From positions 2,934 through 66,933 of IMG/VR virus record IMGVR_UViG_3300042334_000377: a DNA stretch of 64,000 nucleotides. One strand, written 5' to 3'. The notes under the pieces were generated by a model. That model saw only the letters and a list, made by a program, of their open reading frames with translations. It was not told the origin of the DNA and did no database searches. This stretch comes from a virus (Duplodnaviria > Caudoviricetes). The translations under genes and the position numbers were made by a program. This document shows positions 56,763 to 64,000 of the stretch, one piece after another (within the stretch, counting starts at the first letter, position 1; each line of letters opens with the position of its first letter).

Positions 56763-58631
56763 TTAAGTTATTTCGCAACCAGCTGGACCACAGGCAACTG
56801 ATTCGCTAAAGTTAGTATTATCTTGAATTTCAATTACTTTTGATAGATCAACATCTTTTAATGTTGCCATCATTTGATCGTACATTTCCTTTGTACAATC
56901 TTCAAATGGTGTTTGTTTATATGTACCTCCGTGATACGGTAAAACAGATAATCCATTATAGTAATCTTTGTTTGCCCACATCCATTCACCAATAATCTTC
57001 CACTCATCATCTCTTACCGAAACAGTACACGAAACGTTGTGTGTATTATTACCTTTGTTGTGACCTTGCTTAACCCAATCCTTAGATACAAGCTTAACTC
57101 TTTCTAATAGATCTAATGTAGACTCATGTCTTGTTATGGCGCCATTTGGAGCCTTCTGAGGCACAGATATGACTGACTGTAATGTTGGATTAAAATATTC
57201 ATCTTCAATCAATTCTGGATGATTTATTGCAAGATAAGAATAGATTGCTTCATTCTTGCCTAAGCGCATGCGACGTATGTAATAATCATTATGCCAAGCA
57301 TGAATACCACTGCTAGTACCCAACACCAAAGAAGTAGTTCCAGCGGGCTTGACGGCCGTCGTTCTAGCTGCCCTGTTGATGTTAAGGGCGGCAGAAATGA
57401 CATTATTTGTATCTTTAACCACTTGAGCAGCTTCTTCATAGTTTAAATTTAAATTAGATTCTGATGCAATACCTGTCATTGATACACCAAGTAATGCGTC
57501 TTTTTCTGTATTCTTTCTCCATATATCTCGCAGATAATGGAAGTCTGAATACGATGCCTGCAATGTTCCTAAGAATGATGCTGCTGATGCTCTTGCATTA
57601 AAGTCCTCTTGACTTTCAATATTAGCCATATTAATTTCAGTTAAATTACAAAACTGATAAGGACGTAAAGCAATCTCACAACAAGGATTAGTACCCCAAT
57701 CTTTATCATTAGTAAGGTAAATGCCTGGCTCACCCGATCCAGAAGCCTCAATACGTTCCCAAACTTTGTCAAATGTTTTCTTGTCAATTTTATGTCTTAA
57801 AAGTACTACTGAATTATTTGCTCTACCTCTTTGAGGATTTTCTTCCCACCAGTTACCAGCTTTACAGTTTAACATTGCATTGCTATCAAGATCAAACAAT
57901 GAAATCATTGCAGCCCGTCTGATACCACCTGCTAAAACAGCGTCGGCAATATGGCATTGAATATCATGGCATTCAATATCTGTTAGCTTAGATCTATCCT
58001 CTTTGCTTCTTAATATAGCTTCCACTTTAACTAATGCAATTCTTAATGGTTCTGGTCCTGGTGCTTTACCGCCGGCTGTTACAAGCAATGCCCCCTTCTG
58101 TCTTATATCAGATAGATCAAACTCGATATGCGAAGTTAATCCTCCTGTGTATGACTTGAAGAGGGTTTTGATTGCGTCTGCCCATCCGATAATACTGTCT
58201 TGAACAACATACCTTTTCTTACGATCATAATTAGGTTTTCTAATCTCAGGTAATTTGTCAATCTGATGTTGCTGGACCGAATAGCCAACTCCAGTACCTC
58301 CAAGCAATAAAAACATAGTCTCAGAAAAACTATGGATACTATCAACAGGTAAGAAAGCGCAGTTATAAATGCGAGCGTTATTAAGCTCAATAGCTTTACC
58401 ACCAAACTGTAAGCTTCGCATCGAAGGTAAAACTTTTTTAGTGAATACAAAATTTTCATATATTGATTCAATTGGTTCTTTCATTGTAGGAAACTTAGCA
58501 ACGTGCATCTCCATATTCCTTGTTACTAATTCATGCCAGGTTTCACGCCTTTCCTTGTTTGGCAAATATTTAGCATATTTAGTGTACACTGTTATGTCAC
58601 TTAAAATCTGCTTATCTAATGTTAAACTCAT
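56763..58631 (-). CDS. nrdJ: Class II (B12-dependent, monomeric type) ribonucleotide reductase
   Basis: PSMRSL, YNCAF, GTNPCCEI, CNLTE, KPAGTTS, C-terminal CGPAGCEI; no nrdB in window. Confidence 0.9.
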   Translation of the reverse strand: MSLTLDKQILSDITVYTKYAKYLPNKERRETWHELVTRNMEMHVAKFPTMKEPIESIYENFVFTKKVLPSMRSLQFGGKAIELNNARIYNCAFLPVDSIHSFSETMFLLLGGTGVGYSVQQHQIDKLPEIRKPNYDRKKRYVVQDSIIGWADAIKTLFKSYTGGLTSHIEFDLSDIRQKGALLVTAGGKAPGPEPLRIALVKVEAILRSKEDRSKLTDIECHDIQCHIADAVLAGGIRRAAMISLFDLDSNAMLNCKAGNWWEENPQRGRANNSVVLLRHKIDKKTFDKVWERIEASGSGEPGIYLTNDKDWGTNPCCEIALRPYQFCNLTEINMANIESQEDFNARASAASFLGTLQASYSDFHYLRDIWRKNTEKDALLGVSMTGIASESNLNLNYEEAAQVVKDTNNVISAALNINRAARTTAVKPAGTTSLVLGTSSGIHAWHNDYYIRRMRLGKNEAIYSYLAINHPELIEDEYFNPTLQSVISVPQKAPNGAITRHESTLDLLERVKLVSKDWVKQGHNKGNNTHNVSCTVSVRDDEWKIIGEWMWANKDYYNGLSVLPYHGGTYKQTPFEDCTKEMYDQMMATLKDVDLSKVIEIQDNTNFSESVACGPAGCEIT

Positions 58632-58647
58632 ATTTGGTTTTTAATTA

Positions 58648-58830
58648 TTAATTATCTATTTCTAATGCAATATCTACAAATGGTAAGTACAAAACATGTG
58701 TGTTAAAATCCTTTTCCTCGTAAGTTCTAAACCCAAATAATATTCCTGGATAAAGCCCTATTGTAATACTCCAATATTTTTCATTTGGTTCTTCTGGTAC
58801 TTCTACTAACTTTGGTTTCTTTTTTGTCAT
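58648..58830 (-). CDS. Hypothetical protein
   Basis: GLYPGILFGFRTY...HVLYLPF. Confidence 0.65.
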   Translation of the reverse strand: MTKKKPKLVEVPEEPNEKYWSITIGLYPGILFGFRTYEEKDFNTHVLYLPFVDIALEIDN

Positions 58831-59272
58831 TTGTTTTGGTTTTTAAAATTAATTCAACAGTTTTTAAGCACTCAGCTTGATTTTGTGGTTTATATAGTGT
58901 CCTATTGTCACATGCTAAAGTCATCCAGTATTTAAACATTTTCCAGCGCAATGGGAAAGCATCATTTGCTCTACCTTTAGTTTCAATTATAAAACTATCA
59001 CCAACAAAGTCTGGAGTGTACTTTAAATTCAATACTTTTTTATTACCTCTGTTTATAAAATTACCTTTACTATTAGCTTGTCTTTCTATACAATCATTTA
59101 AGAATGTAAATGACGGTAGTAATTCAAATGTGTGCTTTTCATATTCAGCAGGTATGTTAGCATCTTTCAATGCTTTATACATGTATCTTTCTAATCCAGA
59201 TTTAAAGGTGATACCATCATATGATACCACCTTAGAAGTTACTGGTCCTTTTTTTCTGCTAATTTTCCTCAT
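58781..59272 (-). CDS. PD-(D/E)xK endonuclease, T7 endonuclease I-like resolvase
   Basis: FKSGLE...YTPDF...IIETKG. Confidence 0.85.
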   Translation of the reverse strand: MRKISRKKGPVTSKVVSYDGITFKSGLERYMYKALKDANIPAEYEKHTFELLPSFTFLNDCIERQANSKGNFINRGNKKVLNLKYTPDFVGDSFIIETKGRANDAFPLRWKMFKYWMTLACDNRTLYKPQNQAECLKTVELILKTKTNDKKETKVSRSTRRTK

Positions 59273-59330
59273 TTGTGAGTTATTGGTCTTTTTTTTCCGT
59301 TAATTTGCAGTTGTTGGTCTTTTTTTTCCA

Positions 59331-59780
59331 TTAGTCGTTGTCTTGTGGATGCAACAAATCAAAATGGCTTCTAGTTGTATTTGAAACATACCTTGCTTGA
59401 GAATTGTAATCAGGTTCATCTATTGTAAAAGTAAAATGATCACCACGACCAAGCTTCTGCCCCGAAGATTTTTTCTGCTTCAGTTTCTTCTCTTTTTTTT
59501 TAGGTATGAATACAAACTCATCTATAATATCGATTTCATTTAATTCATTAATCAAAGCTTTTTCTTCGCGTAGATCAGATATTTCTTCTTTTAAACGTTG
59601 AAGATACAATGTAGCATCCATTAATTCTTCTTGTAAATGATTAAGCCAAACAAATACGTCTGATCTATCATCTCGCATAGTCTTTCCGTATTTAGCAAAG
59701 CCTACATCAGATCTGTCTACAAATTTATTTACTACTGATTGTACAACTGGATCTCTAAATTCAATTTCTTGTTTTCTCAT
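59331..59780 (-). CDS. All-alpha NTP pyrophosphohydrolase-like protein
   Basis: GFAKYG...WLNHLQEELMDATLY. Confidence 0.6.
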   Translation of the reverse strand: MRKQEIEFRDPVVQSVVNKFVDRSDVGFAKYGKTMRDDRSDVFVWLNHLQEELMDATLYLQRLKEEISDLREEKALINELNEIDIIDEFVFIPKKKEKKLKQKKSSGQKLGRGDHFTFTIDEPDYNSQARYVSNTTRSHFDLLHPQDND

Positions 59781-59781
59781 A

Positions 59782-60633
59782 TTATAGTGTATTTGTTACG
59801 TCGTATTTTGATTTTGTAATTAGAGCTGGTCTTTCTTTAACAAAAGTTCCGTTGATCATTGATCCTTGTCTTGATTTAATTACATCATAAGCTGATGTAA
59901 CGCAGTCTTCAATTTTTAATCCTTCTAATGCGGCAAGATTAGTTAATACAACTACAGCATCTCCAATTGCATCAATAAATTCTTCGCGATTATTTTTTAA
60001 TATAGCTCTGGCAAGTTCACCAGTTTCTTCTTGAAGCTTTATAAACTGTGTTTTAGAATCTCCATTTCTATATATGCCCCGTTCATCAGCCCATTGTCTA
60101 ATAAGATCATACACATTAGGATTTTCAACTTTTACTTCTTCAGGTTGATTATAATGTTCCATAGCCATTGATTTTTTACCTAATGATTGAGCAAACTCAT
60201 CTAATGCTTTGTTATAAACATAGGATCTTGCTGGATTGAACATTGAGGTGCTAGCATTATTAATTATCCAATCAGATAATTCTTGGGTTAAAACATATTT
60301 GCCAAACCCAGTTTCTATTTTAATACCTAAATTATCCAATAAATTGCCTTTAAGCTTATTAAGTGGGCATGGGAATGTGGTTGTTTGTTCTGTAACATTT
60401 AATTTCATTTTATTTGATTTTTTTTGAGTTAAATTCTTATATGATTGCCGATCTAGTTTGTAGCCGTAGATAGATTGAAGTTCTAGTTCCCGTTCAGATA
60501 CATAATCTATATCGTCACTGGTTTCTAAAACTTCATATTCATCTTCTTTGTAACCTTGCTGGCTTGTAACCCTATTATTAAGATTACGTGTAACTCCGAT
60601 CTTTTTACCAAAAATGTGATAGATATAATACAT
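59782..60633 (-). CDS. Fusion: GIY-YIG-like N-terminus and MazG-like pyrophosphatase C-terminus
   Basis: YYIYH...KIGVT...R...E; KLQEETGELA...DAIGD..VVL. Confidence 0.8.
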   Translation of the reverse strand: MYYIYHIFGKKIGVTRNLNNRVTSQQGYKEDEYEVLETSDDIDYVSERELELQSIYGYKLDRQSYKNLTQKKSNKMKLNVTEQTTTFPCPLNKLKGNLLDNLGIKIETGFGKYVLTQELSDWIINNASTSMFNPARSYVYNKALDEFAQSLGKKSMAMEHYNQPEEVKVENPNVYDLIRQWADERGIYRNGDSKTQFIKLQEETGELARAILKNNREEFIDAIGDAVVVLTNLAALEGLKIEDCVTSAYDVIKSRQGSMINGTFVKERPALITKSKYDVTNTL

Positions 60634-60641
60634 AATTTAGA

Positions 60642-61409
60642 TTAAATGGCCACTTTTGCTGAAATTACTGGACCGTGTTTATAATTTATTAAGGTTAATG
60701 CTCCGTTTTTGTAAAAGTACTGTGGCGACTGAAAAGTTTCCTGATCAAGATATTTGTGTATAGCATCGTGTTGATTATTGTAAACGTGGGCATCTACGAT
60801 TTGTATGTCAATGAAGTTAGCTTGTAAAGCGACTTTGTCAGCAACATACAAAAGTATTTTTGAAAACAAAGCTACATCATAAGGTATGCCTAAGAACATA
60901 TCGCCAGATCTTTGTACAACAAACATATTAAGATCTAATCCATCAACGAAAAATTGAAAATACAAATAACAAGGAGGCAATGCCATTTGATTTGTTTGAG
61001 CCGGATTCCATAAACTTATAATGTGTCTACGGCTGTCTGGATCCTCAATTAAGTCATCAATAAGCATTTGCATCTGATCTATATTTTGATCGTTAAAATT
61101 GCGCATTTGATGCCCATATACAGGACCAAGATCGCCATTCTCATCTGCCCAAGCATCCCATATCTTTACATTAGCATCTCGGAATCTTTGTACATTGGTT
61201 TCGCCATTCATAAACCATTCGAATTCTGTATCGAAAGTTTTTTGAAACATTTTTCTACCAGTTAATAAAGGGAAACCTTCTTTAAGATCTATTCTTAAGT
61301 TAGCATTAAAAATAGAATTGCAGCCCACCCCAGTACGGTCATTACGCTTAACCCCGCTAGCAAGACACTTATATAGTAATTCTTTGTATTGTGATTCATA
61401 CTTTGTCAT
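60642..61409 (-). CDS. Thymidylate synthase-family enzyme, possibly dCMP (hydroxy)methylase
   Basis: DRTG, LGPVYG, DSRR, LPPC, QRSGDMFLGIPYD (D in place of the canonical N), DAHVY. Confidence 0.85.
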   Translation of the reverse strand: MTKYESQYKELLYKCLASGVKRNDRTGVGCNSIFNANLRIDLKEGFPLLTGRKMFQKTFDTEFEWFMNGETNVQRFRDANVKIWDAWADENGDLGPVYGHQMRNFNDQNIDQMQMLIDDLIEDPDSRRHIISLWNPAQTNQMALPPCYLYFQFFVDGLDLNMFVVQRSGDMFLGIPYDVALFSKILLYVADKVALQANFIDIQIVDAHVYNNQHDAIHKYLDQETFQSPQYFYKNGALTLINYKHGPVISAKVAI

Positions 61410-61410
61410 A

Positions 61411-61749
61411 TTAAAATAATTGTTTATCGTTTGATTGTTGTTTTACTTTTACTACTTTCTTTTTATCTTCCAGCATTGGATTGATCTTTATATCTGTATT
61501 GTATTTGTTATAATAATAAAGATAGAATAAATACATTTGCTTCCATATATCAACTTTCTTATAAGTCTTAGGGCTTTTGTTTTCTTTACCGTTCATTACA
61601 ATACAGACATACCATTCTAAAGTATTAAATGCTTTTGGTGATATATTGATTCCGTTATTAATACACCAACGTCTAGCAGCTTCTTCAGCTTCACTTGCTG
61701 CATAAAAACCCATATCAATTTTACTTTTATTATTAAATCCACTGCCCAT
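61411..61749 (-). CDS. Hypothetical protein
   Basis: ORF track. Confidence 0.65.
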   Translation of the reverse strand: MGSGFNNKSKIDMGFYAASEAEEAARRWCINNGINISPKAFNTLEWYVCIVMNGKENKSPKTYKKVDIWKQMYLFYLYYYNKYNTDIKINPMLEDKKKVVKVKQQSNDKQLF

Positions 61750-61949
61750 TACTTTTCTTCAATTAATTTTAATCCATAAGATTTATCTTTTATTCTCAAA
61801 GTATGGCAATCATATTCAGGTATATTACGCATCATACCTGGCTGAGTAAAACCTATATCTTTATATTCCTCACCATAAATTTTAAATTTTGGCCATGGTG
61901 GGGTTTCTATAAGTTCATATTCCTTTCCGTTAAATACTAATTTATCCAT
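61749..61949 (-). CDS. Hypothetical protein
   Basis: ORF track. Confidence 0.55.
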   Translation of the reverse strand: MDKLVFNGKEYELIETPPWPKFKIYGEEYKDIGFTQPGMMRNIPEYDCHTLRIKDKSYGLKLIEEK

Positions 61950-61966
61950 ATTATTTGTTTTTATTA

Positions 61967-62287
61967 TTAAGGTCTATATCCGTTATAGCCCATTAAATGT
62001 AATTGAGTTTCCATTAAATGCGCCCTTATTGGGTTTTCAAAACACATTAATACTTCCCAGTCGTCAATAATTTTTCCTAAATGTTTATGCTTAGACATAC
62101 GAGAATGAATATCGTTACTCATGCCAACATAGTGTTCTTCTGGTATATAATATACTGCATATCCTGGATATTCATTTGCTCTTTTTTCTCTATAAGCTTT
62201 TGAATAATCTTTATGTCTTTGTTTTTGTTTTTCAGTATATTCGTTTTTATATTGATTTCTTTTCATATATATATCTATTTTTCCCAA
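61967..62287 (-). CDS. Small GIY-YIG-like endonuclease
   Basis: AVYY...HYVGMS...RM..H...E...GYNG. Confidence 0.7.
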   Translation of the reverse strand: MGKIDIYMKRNQYKNEYTEKQKQRHKDYSKAYREKRANEYPGYAVYYIPEEHYVGMSNDIHSRMSKHKHLGKIIDDWEVLMCFENPIRAHLMETQLHLMGYNGYRP

Positions 62288-63984
62288 GGCATCAAATCGT
62301 TATTAATATTAACAGGTTCGTGAGGTATAAAACAACCGGAAGCTGGATCCCATTTGAAATGACATTCAGCACCATTCTCTCCAAGATTCTGAAACTTACA
62401 TTTAAGCACTTTTACTTTAACGGTTTTATCTTCATAGTTTCTATGAACTAATAATCCGTGATAGGAAGCATCGTACCATTCACCACCACCTTTTATGTTA
62501 TACATAGTAGGCTCTTCAATATTACCCTTAGCATCTTTATACATTTTTGTAGGGTGGGCAACAACCATTACCAGTACATCGTACTTTTTAGCAAAGATTT
62601 CAATCTTACTTAGATATTCTAATGTATAAACATTAACATCACCTGAAGCATCGTTGTCTCTTACTTTGTTGAATGGATCAATAACTAAGCATTTAATACC
62701 TTTACGTTTAACTAGCTCAGCTCCTTTTCTAAGTACTGAATCTAAAGTATAACGTTCCATATCAATAAAGAAGTAATTGTCGTTAACATGATCGGCAACT
62801 TGATTCCATTTGTCACTATTAATATCAGCAACAGTAGGCATACCTTGCCAAGTTTTGCGCATTAACTTGTGAGCATGTAAATATGTAGGAGTATTCTCAG
62901 GTGATGCATATGCAGTCTTCCAACCGTACTTTTCATTATAACCAATAATCATTTGATCTACAAAGTCAGATTTTCCCGAACTAGGGATACCAGTAACAGT
63001 AATAAACTGGCCAGTATACGTAGAAAAAATACTGTCAAAATTATCCAGGCCAACTTGAAACCCAGGTTTGAAACCGTTTCTAACAAAATCGGTAACCTCA
63101 TCTTCAATGTCTCTAAACGTTGTAACATTTTCAAGTGGAACTGGCTTAGCCCTTGAAATTCTTTGGGATAATGCTTCTTTTCCATATTTTAATAAGTATT
63201 CATTTGCGTCTTTACATTCTTCAAACGATGCTAAGTAACAAATTTCAGATCCTAACCTTCTTACCAGCTCAGCCTGTAAAGCTTGCCCGGCAGAGTCGGA
63301 ATCAACAGCAATAATAATTCTATCTTTATCATCAAAATAGTCAATACAATTGTCAAGATATTCCAAGTTATTTGTACCCAATGTAGCACCGTTAGGCACA
63401 GATATTGCATTAGTAATTCCGGCTTCATGTAACGCAAGCACGTCCATTTCGCCTTCAACAATAACACAATATTCAAAACCTACAATGCTGTTAATATTAT
63501 AGAATACTTTTTCAGCACCTTTATAAAGTTTAAAGTTTTTGCGTCCGTCTCTATATTTTACATTTGTAAGTTGATCACCAACATAATAATTAAAGTTGAT
63601 TACATTTTCTGTTTTACCAGTTTGAGGCATGAACTCCTGGCCTTCAGTAACACTAAGCTCGTTTAATGTTTGTTCTGAAATACCTCGTGTTGCAAACCAT
63701 TCAACAACTTTTGAACTAGGAGGAGTGTGTATAGCAACGTCAGGTTTAACGTATACTTTTTCACTTTTGCCTTTGCGTTGGTATGTATGTAGTTGAAAAG
63801 TTTTATTACAGTTATGGCAAGTACCTATACCTCGTTCCCAATCGTAAGAAGCACATTTTGCTTTCTCATTCTGAGGTTTTCTATCTGGCGAGCATATTGG
63901 ACAAATGCCTTGAGACTTACCTTCTTCAAGCTTGTATTGATTGAATTGGTCAATCAAAAAACCATTTATCTCTATTGTTTGCAT
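62275..63984 (-). CDS. Primase-helicase (T7 gp4/Twinkle-like)
   Basis: CPIC...CHNC Zn finger, TOPRIM EGEMD/DSD, GIPSSGKS Walker A, VIDP, VAHP. Confidence 0.95.
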   Translation of the reverse strand: MQTIEINGFLIDQFNQYKLEEGKSQGICPICSPDRKPQNEKAKCASYDWERGIGTCHNCNKTFQLHTYQRKGKSEKVYVKPDVAIHTPPSSKVVEWFATRGISEQTLNELSVTEGQEFMPQTGKTENVINFNYYVGDQLTNVKYRDGRKNFKLYKGAEKVFYNINSIVGFEYCVIVEGEMDVLALHEAGITNAISVPNGATLGTNNLEYLDNCIDYFDDKDRIIIAVDSDSAGQALQAELVRRLGSEICYLASFEECKDANEYLLKYGKEALSQRISRAKPVPLENVTTFRDIEDEVTDFVRNGFKPGFQVGLDNFDSIFSTYTGQFITVTGIPSSGKSDFVDQMIIGYNEKYGWKTAYASPENTPTYLHAHKLMRKTWQGMPTVADINSDKWNQVADHVNDNYFFIDMERYTLDSVLRKGAELVKRKGIKCLVIDPFNKVRDNDASGDVNVYTLEYLSKIEIFAKKYDVLVMVVAHPTKMYKDAKGNIEEPTMYNIKGGGEWYDASYHGLLVHRNYEDKTVKVKVLKCKFQNLGENGAECHFKWDPASGCFIPHEPVNINNDLMPWEK

Positions 63985-64000
63985 TTATTAAATTTAATTT

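Noticed and set aside
461-63476. Antisense or nested ORFs (e.g. 461-742, 2364-2801, 15320-15742, 18951-19271, 51932-52276, 58905-59303)
   Set aside because: Shadows of well-supported genes on the opposite strand or frame, with no motifs of their own.

Overview
AT-rich, tightly packed segment covering most of a lytic tailed-phage genome. It is podovirus-like with a crAss-like head module (TerL 739 aa, portal 802 aa, MCP 488 aa). A-rich, SD-free starts and gene content suggest a Bacteroidota (Flavobacteriia) host. There are three blocks: (i) 1-11,010, minus strand: small early genes, a tRNA/ncRNA cluster and a sigma-70-family gene cut by the window edge; (ii) 11,440-56,460, plus strand: virion, lysis, GroEL/GroES, packaging and ejection genes; (iii) 56,530-64,000, minus strand: nucleotide metabolism and replication. 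Top candidate for a new system: the 2,543-aa putative ejection protein looks like a polyprotein carrying a zincin, a sigma-70 region-2-like domain and a HAD domain, separated by (K/S)FSK motifs, and 12 ungapped copies of a non-host 43-bp promoter-like motif precede the early genes. This suggests a virion-injected sigma factor instead of a virion RNA polymerase, followed by a second phage sigma for late genes. Other highlights: a thymidylate-synthase homologue with the Asn-to-Asp change associated with dCMP specificity; a ~370-nt putatively pseudoknotted ncRNA next to tRNA-like genes with aberrant anticodon arms; three 12-N25-12 inverted repeats tied to an HTH gene; and an oriented decamer spaced about 1 kb apart. 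All calls come from reading motifs by eye; no database searches were run.
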